A DNA stretch of 64,000 bases from Ekhidna sp. (lineage in GTDB: Bacteria > Bacteroidota > Bacteroidia > Cytophagales > Cyclobacteriaceae), in contig NZ_OZ245839.1 of assembly GCF_965228795.1 (NCBI RefSeq), forward strand, positions 1,311,908-1,375,907, given 5' to 3'. The notes beneath the pieces were generated by a model, which saw nothing but the letters and a program-made list of their open reading frames with translations, did not search any database and was not told the origin of the DNA. This document shows positions 54,262-62,949 of the stretch, piece by piece (position 1 is the stretch's first letter; every line of letters begins with the position of its first letter). The position numbers and the translations under genes were made by a program.

Positions 54262-56891
54262 ATTCTGAAATTGTAGGTGATTGCCGGTATTATCGTTCCA
54301 AATATTGAGTATTTGACCACTTCTGCTACTGCAGGATTTGTTTCAGATTCTCTAAAAAAGTACGAATACGCATTCTTCCTCGCATAGACATTGTAAATGG
54401 TAAGCGTCCAGTAATCTCTGTTTTTTCTTCTTGAACCATCTTTTTTGAATTCCTTCCCTTCCCATTTAAATGAAAGATCAAGTCTGTGATAGTCAGGAAG
54501 CCTTGCGTTGTTTCTAAACTGAAAATGTGGAACTAAATTACCTTCAAACACATACTTGTCTGTGGGTAGTGTCACAGGTATTCCGGTATTGTAAACAAAG
54601 TTTGCAGAGGCACTCCATCTTTCGTTTAGCTCCATGCTCCATGAGGTTGAAAAGTCATGTGTTTTGTCATGATTCTCAGCTACGTATCTCTCACTTTCAA
54701 ATTCCAATATGCTACTTTCAGCTCTTGAAAGTGTATAACTAATCCATCCCTTTAAACGACCAATTTTTTTCTTAGCATATATTTCTAATCCATATGCGCG
54801 AGCCTTGCTTAGGAGTAGCTCAGTTTCGATGTTCTCATTGAAGACCAAGTCAGCTCCATTCTTATATTGAATGTTATTGTCAATGTCCTTATAGTAGACC
54901 TCTGACGATAGCTCCCAGGTATTGTCTTTTAGGTTCTTATACAGCCCTAACGTGTACTGATTAGTGGTGGTAGGGGGGATGTATTGATCACTTAACTTCC
55001 AGATATCTGTCGGTGCAGGCGAAATTGTGTTAGAAATGAGGTGTAGATATTGGGCGGTTCTTGTGTAAGATGCCTTAATCGATGTTTTTTGATTTAATTG
55101 ATAGTTGAAGGATGCTCGAGGTTCAAAATTGATATCTGTATTGATTACCTCATACCTTTCAAACTTCACAGTGTCAACAATGGCTGAATCTGCTGTTGGT
55201 GTATTGTTTTCATATTTAAAAACAGTTCCCGGACCAAGGGTTAAAAGACTACTGGCTCTGAAGCCATAGTGTAATGAAAGCTTCCCGATACTTGTTTCAT
55301 GGCCTATATGCGCTGCTGATTCAAGGCCCTGCTCGTTCTCTAAACGAATACTATTTGTATTTGAGTTTTGATCCAGAGGCTCACGTGTTCCAGGTAAAAG
55401 CCGATGATAAATGTTACTAATTCCAAAAGTCAGTTCATTATTCGGATCGATGGTGTAGGTCATATTGATCTTTGTGCTGTAATCAGCAATTTTTGATCTA
55501 CCCACAAAAGCGCCCGGTGCTTCAGTGCTCTCAATTCGGTAATTGTATTCGGATACAAAAGCTGAAATGTTGGAGAAGAGCCTGGGAGTAAAAAGGTAAT
55601 TCCATCTAAAATTGAGCATACGATTTCCCCAATTCCTGGTTGAATTTAAACCCACCAGGTTGCGATCATTACCTAAATAACCTGATAAGTAATAGGTGCT
55701 CGATTTACTGTACTTAAAGTTTAGTTTAACATTTAAATCCTGGAATCTAATTCGATTCCTGAGAACCGAGTTACTTGCAAAATCATCTATTGATAGATTA
55801 AGGAGGCTTTGTCTTCCGGAGATCAGGTATGAGCTTTTTCCTTTGGTGATAGGCCCTTCAAGCAGCGCTCGGGCCGATATGACTCCAATACCACCTGAAA
55901 AATGCGTTTCGTTTGCATTGCCTTCCTTTTGTCTTACCTCAATAATAGAAGAGGTACGTCCACCATAAGATGGAGGAATGTATCCTTTCATTATTCGAAC
56001 GTTATTTACAGCCTCAGGATTAAAAACAGAGATTAATCCGTAAAAATGGTTGGGGTTGTAGATGGTTGCCTCGTCCAGTAAGGTAAGGTTTTGATCCACT
56101 CCACCACCTCTTACATGAATGCCACTGGCATCTTCTCCGATGGCCCGAATACCTGGTTTTAATAGCGCATTTTGGATTACATCAACTTCCCCGAGAAGAT
56201 ACGGTATCTGGCCATCAGCACCGGCAATGGAGATGCGATTGATAGATGGAATGTTTTCTGTAAGGTTGATGTCATTTGATAGCGAACTCACTTCTACTTC
56301 TTCAAGCTCTGTAATTCGTGGAGTTACAGATATATCCAGGTAAGTATTTCTGTACAGTGAAACCTGAACTTCTTTTTGTTGGTAGTTTATGTGAGAGAAC
56401 TTAACACGATATTCTCCCTCTTTCAGTGTTATTGAATAATAGCCATATCCATTCGAGGTGGTACCTACCGAAGTTCCTACAATTTGTAGCGTAGCTCCAA
56501 TGATATGCTCTCCGGATTCTACGTTTCTCAGCACTCCGTGAATCGTGTAGTATTTAGGTATATGCGGCGAAACAATGATTTGTTCTTTGCTGTATTTTAT
56601 ATCAGCAATTAACTCATCTTGTAAGTAGTCAAGGAATTCTTTGACAGACATATTACGCTTCACTGTCAGGATTTGATTCGTTAGCTTATTTGTGCTGTAG
56701 GCGACTGGAATTCCCATCGATCGCAAGGAATCCAAGGATTTGAACAAGCTTAATTCGCCCGAAAAGATAAGGTTACTTTGAAGGGCTGTCTGTTGGGAAT
56801 ATGCAAAGAAGGCACCTAGCAACAAAAAAATGGCTAGAATCTTACGAATTGATATCTGGTAGGCGCATAACACGCCTCCAAAAGTAATCAA
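54258..56891 (-). CDS. TonB-dependent receptor with N-terminal extension and carboxypeptidase-like domain; start uncertain
   Basis: 'G..IIGAT', 'SNGYGYYSI', 'GE.DV', 'VRGG..DQNL.LLD', 'YGGR.SS', 'RLPDYHRLD', terminal 'YNFRI'. Confidence 0.93.
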   Translation of the reverse strand: MITFGGVLCAYQISIRKILAIFLLLGAFFAYSQQTALQSNLIFSGELSLFKSLDSLRSMGIPVAYSTNKLTNQILTVKRNMSVKEFLDYLQDELIADIKYSKEQIIVSPHIPKYYTIHGVLRNVESGEHIIGATLQIVGTSVGTTSNGYGYYSITLKEGEYRVKFSHINYQQKEVQVSLYRNTYLDISVTPRITELEEVEVSSLSNDINLTENIPSINRISIAGADGQIPYLLGEVDVIQNALLKPGIRAIGEDASGIHVRGGGVDQNLTLLDEATIYNPNHFYGLISVFNPEAVNNVRIMKGYIPPSYGGRTSSIIEVRQKEGNANETHFSGGIGVISARALLEGPITKGKSSYLISGRQSLLNLSIDDFASNSVLRNRIRFQDLNVKLNFKYSKSSTYYLSGYLGNDRNLVGLNSTRNWGNRMLNFRWNYLFTPRLFSNISAFVSEYNYRIESTEAPGAFVGRSKIADYSTKINMTYTIDPNNELTFGISNIYHRLLPGTREPLDQNSNTNSIRLENEQGLESAAHIGHETSIGKLSLHYGFRASSLLTLGPGTVFKYENNTPTADSAIVDTVKFERYEVINTDINFEPRASFNYQLNQKTSIKASYTRTAQYLHLISNTISPAPTDIWKLSDQYIPPTTTNQYTLGLYKNLKDNTWELSSEVYYKDIDNNIQYKNGADLVFNENIETELLLSKARAYGLEIYAKKKIGRLKGWISYTLSRAESSILEFESERYVAENHDKTHDFSTSWSMELNERWSASANFVYNTGIPVTLPTDKYVFEGNLVPHFQFRNNARLPDYHRLDLSFKWEGKEFKKDGSRRKNRDYWTLTIYNVYARKNAYSYFFRESETNPAVAEVVKYSIFGTIIPAITYNFRI

Positions 56892-56906
56892 TGAATTAGG
56901 CGGAAA

Positions 56907-57791
56907 TTAGCAGCCCGGGCCGGAAATTTTTACAGTTTTATCTTTAGTTGAGGTCTTAAGCTCTAACAGTGAGCTCAATGTGGATAATACCTCATTCAAT
57001 GGTTGTCGGTTAAATGTTACCGAAATTTTGCACGACTTCAGCTTTTCATTGGACAACTTGAATTCTACCTCATAGTATTCGGATAGTTCTTCCAGCGCTT
57101 CATTAAGTGGAGTGTTATCAAAGTTGAAAACACCATTTCTCCAACTCATTATATTGTCAGATGGCAATTCTTTAAGCTCTACTGAGTCATCAATTCTACT
57201 GAAAATGGCCTCTTTCCCTGCAGGTACTTTGGTTTGTTCTCCATTTTTCTCGAAAGCGACTAATCCTCTATCTACGTATAGCTTCACATCATCATTACTT
57301 GAGATTAGATTAAATGCAGTTCCAAGGACTTTTACATTTACTCCATTTACATCAATAATAAATGGTTTTTCGCTTTTCTTAATATCAAAATATGCTTCTC
57401 CGGTGAAGGAGACGTTTCTCACTTCTTCAAATTGTTCAGGGTAAGAAAATGATGAATTTGTATTGAGTATTCCTGTAGAGCCATCGGGGAAAGTAACACT
57501 GACCTTTTGATCAGTAGATGAAACCTGAATCTGATTGACTTCAGGATTATACATATAAACTGTTACAGAAAGAACTGCTAAGATGACAACTGCTGCTGCA
57601 ATTTTCATCCAGGCGAAAGACTGATTCGGATTATGAATTTTTTTATTCAGTGCATCCCAAGCTTTGGATTCATCTATCTCAGGAGCATCCATTTCGGAAT
57701 GTTGAAATAAGAACTCAACGAACTTATCCTCTTCTCCGGAAGGCTTTTCCTTGTAGTTCAGGTGGTTATATGCTTTCAGGTCGTTTGCCAT
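56907..57791 (-). CDS. FecR family anti-sigma/signal transducer
   Basis: TM helix; 'V..PDGS...LN', 'GEAYFD', 'V.VLGT.FN', 'F..TPL..AL..L...Y'. Confidence 0.93.
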   Translation of the reverse strand: MANDLKAYNHLNYKEKPSGEEDKFVEFLFQHSEMDAPEIDESKAWDALNKKIHNPNQSFAWMKIAAAVVILAVLSVTVYMYNPEVNQIQVSSTDQKVSVTFPDGSTGILNTNSSFSYPEQFEEVRNVSFTGEAYFDIKKSEKPFIIDVNGVNVKVLGTAFNLISSNDDVKLYVDRGLVAFEKNGEQTKVPAGKEAIFSRIDDSVELKELPSDNIMSWRNGVFNFDNTPLNEALEELSEYYEVEFKLSNEKLKSCKISVTFNRQPLNEVLSTLSSLLELKTSTKDKTVKISGPGC

Positions 57792-57845
57792 CTCATTTGT
57801 CTGTCAATTGGGGGAACGCTTACCCCCAATATTTCTTAGATTTTT

Positions 57846-58415
57846 TTAGGACATATTTTCCTTATAATGTTTGTACACATGATCGAGCGATTCTCTCAAT
57901 TTTTTTAATGCGATTCCCATCTGATTTTCCACTGTTTTTTTGGAGAGATCCAGCTCTTCAGCTATTTCTTCATAGGTCATACCAGCATTTCTACTCAGTA
58001 TGAATATCCTCCTGCATTTTTTAGGTAAGGCATCAATAGCGGACTGAATGTATTTTTTCAATCGTTCATTTTCCCCTTCATCCTTTTTGGGCATACTCAC
58101 ACTCAACAAAACTTCGCTTACATCAGCCATGGATTGCTGTTTTGGCAGCTCCAGTTTGATGTAGTTCAGGCATTTATTTTTTACCGCAGAGTACAGATAA
58201 GTTTTTAATGTTGTTTGTATTTCAATATTGCCTCGCTTTTCCCAGATATATAGAAATACCTCTTGAGCCACTTCTTCAGCTATTGTGGAATCTCTTACAT
58301 ACGTAAATGCAAATCGGTATAATTCTTTGTAATAGCGCTTAAAAATGACCTCATAAGCAGAGAAGTCATTACTCTTCACTTGTTGGAAAAGTAAAAGGTC
58401 ATTGTCAGAACTCAT
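57846..58415 (-). CDS. ECF sigma-70 factor (FecI-like Bacteroidota type)
   Basis: 'AEEVAQEVF..IWEKR', 'YLY.AV.N.CLN', 'LP.KCR.IF.LSR..G..Y.EIA..L..S.KTVE.QM..AL'. Confidence 0.95.
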   Translation of the reverse strand: MSSDNDLLLFQQVKSNDFSAYEVIFKRYYKELYRFAFTYVRDSTIAEEVAQEVFLYIWEKRGNIEIQTTLKTYLYSAVKNKCLNYIKLELPKQQSMADVSEVLLSVSMPKKDEGENERLKKYIQSAIDALPKKCRRIFILSRNAGMTYEEIAEELDLSKKTVENQMGIALKKLRESLDHVYKHYKENMS

Positions 58416-58545
58416 GCTGGTCGAAGCGTATGTTTGATTATGGTGATAATCACTGAAAATTCAGTGTTTGATTAGGTGCGAATTTAAAATAACATGTGAT
58501 ACTGACACAAGAATAGTACAATCGGTTGCTTTTTGATGAGCTGGA

Positions 58546-59229
58546 TTAGGTGAATAAGGTATAGTTTCCGTGTTGGTCGGAAGCTGGGGCCGGTTTGATA
58601 AACGAACTGTCATTTCCATCAATATCTTTGATTTTGGGTGAAACGGTATGCGATATCAATTCATCTTTCAGCTCCTGATTTAGCAATGCCTGTAGTTCAT
58701 CCTGATCGTCAGATTCAAGCCACCTTCTGGTTGATGCAGTATCCATGACAGCTGGCATGTCGTCTTGAAATTCAAGCATTTGTTCGTTCGATGGTTTGGT
58801 AATCATAATGAATGAATGGGTGCCGTTTTCACCTTCTTCCCATAGCCCTGCTACCGAAAAAACCTTCTTGTCAGGGTAGAAAAAGTAGTGTGGTACTTGT
58901 TGTTTTTTAGCCACTTGTTTCCATAAGTAGAAACCATCCATTGGGATTACACATCGGTGAGTAGCTAATTTTTTGAGGTAACTGGCTTTATTAATGACAG
59001 AGTCGGTAGGGAGATTAAAAAATTTAGGACTCATTGCCCGGTTATTAGACCACATAGCCATCAACCCCCAGTTGAAGAATGAAACCTTATCCGGTTCATT
59101 GCTTGTAATAGTAGGTAAAATTTTTGTTGGAGCTGCGTTATATTGTGGTTTATACATTTCAGGAACTTCGGCTCCCAAAACAAGCGCAAGCTCATCTGGT
59201 TTTAAGGTTATGGTGTATCGATCCAACAT
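58546..59229 (-). CDS. SRAP (YedK/HMCES) family protein lacking the catalytic residues; ATG at 59229 preferred
   Basis: 'YNAAPT', 'WGL', 'RCVIP.DGFY.W', 'AGLW', 'MP'; N-terminus MLDRY instead of MCGRY. Confidence 0.85.
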   Translation of the reverse strand: MLDRYTITLKPDELALVLGAEVPEMYKPQYNAAPTKILPTITSNEPDKVSFFNWGLMAMWSNNRAMSPKFFNLPTDSVINKASYLKKLATHRCVIPMDGFYLWKQVAKKQQVPHYFFYPDKKVFSVAGLWEEGENGTHSFIMITKPSNEQMLEFQDDMPAVMDTASTRRWLESDDQDELQALLNQELKDELISHTVSPKIKDIDGNDSSFIKPAPASDQHGNYTLFT

Positions 59230-59342
59230 TTTTGGCAATTTAACACGAGAACACGGGTAACTCAATGATCATTTTGTGCCGAAACCAAATTTTTATTTTC
59301 ATGTATGGGTTAATTTTGACTTAGAATTAAAAGATGAACTAA

Positions 59343-60998
59343 ATGGCTGAAGTAATAAGAATGCCCAAGATGAGTGATACCATGGAGGAAGGCGTGATCG
59401 CATCATGGTTGAAAGAAGAGGGTGATGAGGTAAGCTCCGGCGATGTACTGGCGGAAGTGGAAACAGATAAAGCGACGATGGAACTTGAATCATATCAAGA
59501 TGGCGTACTCCTGCATATTGGTGTGAAAGAAAAAGAGTCCGTTCCGGTCGATGGCATTCTTGCAGTTATTGGTGAAAAAGGAGAGGATTATAAACATCTC
59601 CTGGAAGAAGCAAAAAATGGTGAGTCTGATGATGATTCAGATGATAGTGATAAGAAAGAAGAAAAATCAGAGAAAAAATCCTCAGAGAAGATAGATACCA
59701 GCGATATCAACGCATCTATCATTCGAATGCCAAAAATGAGTGATACCATGGAGGAAGGCATCATTGCTTCATGGCTAAAGAAAAAAGGAGACAAAGTAGA
59801 ATCAGGGGATATCCTTGCAGAAGTAGAGACTGATAAAGCCACTATGGAGTTAGAGGCCTACGAGGATGGAACATTGCTATACACAGCAGTTGAGGAAGGA
59901 AGTGGTGTACCTGTTGATGGGGTTATTGCTATCATAGGTGAAGAAGGCGCTGATTATGAGGCTTTGCTTAAAGCTGAAGAGCAGGGTGGAGATGACTCAA
60001 AAGAAAAAGAAAAAGAGGAGGAGAAAGAGCAAAAATCAGAAAAAAGTACAAGCGATTCCTCAAGTTCAGAATCATCTCAGCAAAGTACCTCGAGTGCGAG
60101 TTCAGGTAGTTCATCAGATAATGGACGTGTGAAAGCTTCGCCTCTTGCTAAAAAGATTGCCTCAGAAAAAGGCATTGATATTGCTCAGGTGAATGGCAGT
60201 GGCCCGGACGGTAGAATTGTAAAAGCAGATGTAGAAAACTTCACTCCTTCAAAAGCACAAGAGCAAAAATCTGATGGAGATCAGCCATCGATCAATATAC
60301 CACAGGTAGTTGGAGAAGAGAAGTCAGAAAAAGTTGAGCTTTCTCAAATGCGTAAAACCATCGCTAAACGACTTAGCGATAGCAAGTTTACAGCTCCGCA
60401 TTTCTATTTAACAATGGAGATAAACATGGATAAGGCAATCGAAGCTCGTAAGTCCATGAATGAAGTAGCCCCTGTCAAAATCTCCTTCAATGACATGGTA
60501 GTGAAAGCAGCAGCTGCTGCATTGCGTCAGCATCCGGATGTGAATGTTAGCTGGAAAGGTGATCATATTATGAAACACCAGCATATCCATATGGGAGTGG
60601 CTGTGGCAATTCCTGAGGGATTGATTGTTCCGGTAGTACGATTTGCTGATAGTAAGTCACTGTCTCATATTTCTGCAGAGGTTAGAGATTTAGCTCAAAA
60701 GGCAAAAGACAAAAAACTGCAGCCGGAGGAGTTTTCGGGCAATACATTTACGATTTCTAACCTGGGGATGTTCGGAATTGAAGAATTTACTGCCATCATC
60801 AACCCGCCGGATGCTTGCATCATGGCAGTGGGAGGTATAAAAGAAACCGTTATTGTGAAAAATGGTGAGATGAAGCCGGGTAATGTGATGAAAGTGACGC
60901 TTTCTTGCGATCATAGAGCGGTAGATGGAGCAGTTGGTTCCGCATTTCTCAAAACGTTCAAGGAGCTATTAGAAGACCCGGTTAGAATTTTGATTTAA
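59343..60998 (+). CDS. pdhC: Pyruvate dehydrogenase E2, two lipoyl domains
   Basis: 2x 'MPKMSDTMEEG...ETDKATME', 'ASPLAKK', 'HRAVDGA'. Confidence 0.96.
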   Translation: MAEVIRMPKMSDTMEEGVIASWLKEEGDEVSSGDVLAEVETDKATMELESYQDGVLLHIGVKEKESVPVDGILAVIGEKGEDYKHLLEEAKNGESDDDSDDSDKKEEKSEKKSSEKIDTSDINASIIRMPKMSDTMEEGIIASWLKKKGDKVESGDILAEVETDKATMELEAYEDGTLLYTAVEEGSGVPVDGVIAIIGEEGADYEALLKAEEQGGDDSKEKEKEEEKEQKSEKSTSDSSSSESSQQSTSSASSGSSSDNGRVKASPLAKKIASEKGIDIAQVNGSGPDGRIVKADVENFTPSKAQEQKSDGDQPSINIPQVVGEEKSEKVELSQMRKTIAKRLSDSKFTAPHFYLTMEINMDKAIEARKSMNEVAPVKISFNDMVVKAAAAALRQHPDVNVSWKGDHIMKHQHIHMGVAVAIPEGLIVPVVRFADSKSLSHISAEVRDLAQKAKDKKLQPEEFSGNTFTISNLGMFGIEEFTAIINPPDACIMAVGGIKETVIVKNGEMKPGNVMKVTLSCDHRAVDGAVGSAFLKTFKELLEDPVRILI

Positions 60999-61016
60999 GA
61001 AATCTTATTTTTTACA

Positions 61017-61043
61017 TGTCATGCTGAACGAAGTGAGGCATCT
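61017..61043. repeat. Single arm of a gtcatgctga...gcatct REP-like element
   Basis: tgtcatgctgaacgaagtgaggcatct; related to the arms at 2880-2968 and to 62259-62284. Confidence 0.6.
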
Positions 61044-61072
61044 TTTCCTTTAATGAGGCAGACTATTATTCT

Positions 61073-61612
61073 ATGGAAAAAATAAAATCAACAACCGTCC
61101 TGGCAATTAAGCATAATGGTAAAGTGGCTATTGGTGCAGATGGTCAGGCCACTCTGGGTAATACTGTTGCTAAATCAAATGTGAAGAAAATCAGAAAGCT
61201 GGGAGACGGTAAGATCGTGACTGGTTTTGCCGGATCTACTGCAGATGCTTTTACACTGCTAGACAGGTTTGATGAAAAACTAAGTAACTATTCGGGTAAC
61301 TTAAAGCGAGCTGCAGTAGAACTGGCCAAGGATTGGAGAACAGACCGATACTTGCGTAAGCTTGAAGCAATGATGATTGTGGCAGATAAGAGTGAGGTAC
61401 TTGTTATATCGGGGACCGGAGACGTATTAGAACCCGATAATGACATAGCTTCTATTGGCTCAGGAAGCATGTATGCGCGTTCAGCTGCTTTGGCACTTAA
61501 GAAGCATGCTTCTAACCTCACCGCTGAAGAGATGGTACGTGAAGGACTTACAATCGCTGCGGACATTTGCATTTACACCAACCATAACCTGGTGGTGGAA
61601 GTAGTGGAATAA
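61073..61612 (+). CDS. hslV: ATP-dependent protease subunit HslV
   Basis: 'STTVLA', 'DGQATLG', 'GFAGSTADA', '[11 protein letters not shown]', 'IGSG', 'ICIYTN'. Confidence 0.97.
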   Translation: MEKIKSTTVLAIKHNGKVAIGADGQATLGNTVAKSNVKKIRKLGDGKIVTGFAGSTADAFTLLDRFDEKLSNYSGNLKRAAVELAKDWRTDRYLRKLEAMMIVADKSEVLVISGTGDVLEPDNDIASIGSGSMYARSAALALKKHASNLTAEEMVREGLTIAADICIYTNHNLVVEVVE

Positions 61613-61619
61613 TTCAAAT

Positions 61620-62243
61620 TTAAAATACGGGGACGTAGATGATTTTCTTCGTTTCAAAAAAGGCCTCTTCGAAGTATTCGGGGAGGTCTTTTTCTATGTA
61701 CCTCCGACCAAATTCTTTCATCTCTTGGGTTAGGTCGCCACCTTTCAATAGAATCATTCCATTATCCAGGTCGTTTCTTTGCTCTTTAGTCACTTTTTGA
61801 TGTGCCCAGATGTAGAGTTGTTTGGTTTGAGCCACAGCCCTGGAAACAATAAAATCATATTTCCCTTTCACTTTTTCCATTCGTTGATGCTCTGCAGTAA
61901 GATTTTCTAAACCTATGGCTGCCGCTACCTCCTTTACTACGGTTATTTTTTTCCCAATCGAGTCCACCAGGTTAAAGTGGCATTCAGGAAATAGTATAGC
62001 CAACGGAATACCCGGAAAACCGCCTCCGGTACCTACATCTAATATTTTCGAATCCGGGGAGAATGAAATAAACTTTGCTATTGACAGGCTGTGAAGAACA
62101 TGTCTTTCGTACAATTGATCAATGTCTTTTCTGCTGATTACATTGATTTTTGAATTCCAATCCTCATAAAGTGAATGCAACTGATCAAATTGCTTTTTTT
62201 GGGATTCGGAAAGCTCGGGGAAATATTTCTTTATGATTTCGAT
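61620..62243 (-). CDS. rsmG: 16S rRNA m7G527 methyltransferase; N-terminus probably extends to 62243 with a non-ATG start
   Basis: 'WN.KINVISR', 'H.LHSL', 'DVGTGGGFPGIPL', 'SRAV', 'LKGG'; the frame stays open upstream as IEIIKKYFPELSESQKKQFDQL. Confidence 0.9.
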   Translation of the reverse strand: MEIIKKYFPELSESQKKQFDQLHSLYEDWNSKINVISRKDIDQLYERHVLHSLSIAKFISFSPDSKILDVGTGGGFPGIPLAILFPECHFNLVDSIGKKITVVKEVAAAIGLENLTAEHQRMEKVKGKYDFIVSRAVAQTKQLYIWAHQKVTKEQRNDLDNGMILLKGGDLTQEMKEFGRRYIEKDLPEYFEEAFFETKKIIYVPVF

Positions 62244-62258
62244 GACCTTTATTCTTTA

Positions 62259-62284
62259 GTCATGCTGAACTTGTTTCAGCATCT
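62259..62284. repeat. Short REP-like hairpin gtcatgctgaacttgtttcagcatct
   Basis: atgctgaa-cttgt-ttcagcat stem. Confidence 0.75.
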
Positions 62285-62337
62285 ACTTACAAAGATTCCG
62301 AAAAAGTGTGAAAATAGCTCTGGAGTATTCGATTTAA

Positions 62338-62949
62338 TCAAATATGCTTCTTCTTATCCTTCACCAGCTCGTACATTAGTTCTCTAGCACGATGAAGTTG
62401 AGCCTTTACCGTTCCTAAAGGTGCCTCCAGCTCTTTTGCTATTTCATCATAAGAAAGTTCATCGAAGTATCTAAGCTTAACGAGACGTTGGTACTTGGCG
62501 GGCAGCTTATCCACAAACATACGAACCAACTCTATTTTTTGATCTTTGATGGTTTCCTGATCTGGAGTCAGGTTCTTGTCCTGAACATCAATGTTTACAG
62601 ATTCTCCGCTATCATCAGTGAATGTACTGTTTAGACTAAAGGTGTTGAGTTTTTTCTTTCGAATAAAGTCAATGGCATTGTTGGTAGCTATACGAAAAAG
62701 CCAGGTACTGAATGTATAATCTTTCTTAAATCTTCCGAGGTTTTTAAATGCCTTGGCAAAAGCTTCAATGGTTAAATCTTCCGCATCATCAACGTTTCTG
62801 ACCATCTTCAAAATCATGTGATAGACAGGTTTTTTGTAACGCTGCATGAGCTCCGCATAAGCAGCCTGATCTTTGCCTTCAGTGGCTAGATCAATCAACT
62901 TAAAGTCACGCAGTGCCTTATCAGAAAACTGACGATTTAGTTCTTCCAT
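62338..62949 (-). CDS. ECF sigma-70 factor
   Basis: 'DAEDLT.E.F.KAF', 'FSTWLFRIA.N..IDF', 'LSY.EIA..L..PLGTVK..L.RAR'. Confidence 0.95.
   Translation of the reverse strand: MEELNRQFSDKALRDFKLIDLATEGKDQAAYAELMQRYKKPVYHMILKMVRNVDDAEDLTIEAFAKAFKNLGRFKKDYTFSTWLFRIATNNAIDFIRKKKLNTFSLNSTFTDDSGESVNIDVQDKNLTPDQETIKDQKIELVRMFVDKLPAKYQRLVKLRYFDELSYDEIAKELEAPLGTVKAQLHRARELMYELVKDKKKHI

Noticed and set aside
57807-57830. attgggg/ccccaat hairpin between the ECF and fecR genes as a FecI-type promoter or attenuator
   Set aside because: I could not find a matching -10 element on the coding strand or a U tract; left uncalled.
59343-59990. Internal DNA/protein duplication in pdhC
   Set aside because: These are the ordinary tandem lipoyl domains of E2.
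61073-61612. hslV without adjacent hslU
   Set aside because: Split hslV/hslU loci are not unusual; hslU may lie outside the window.
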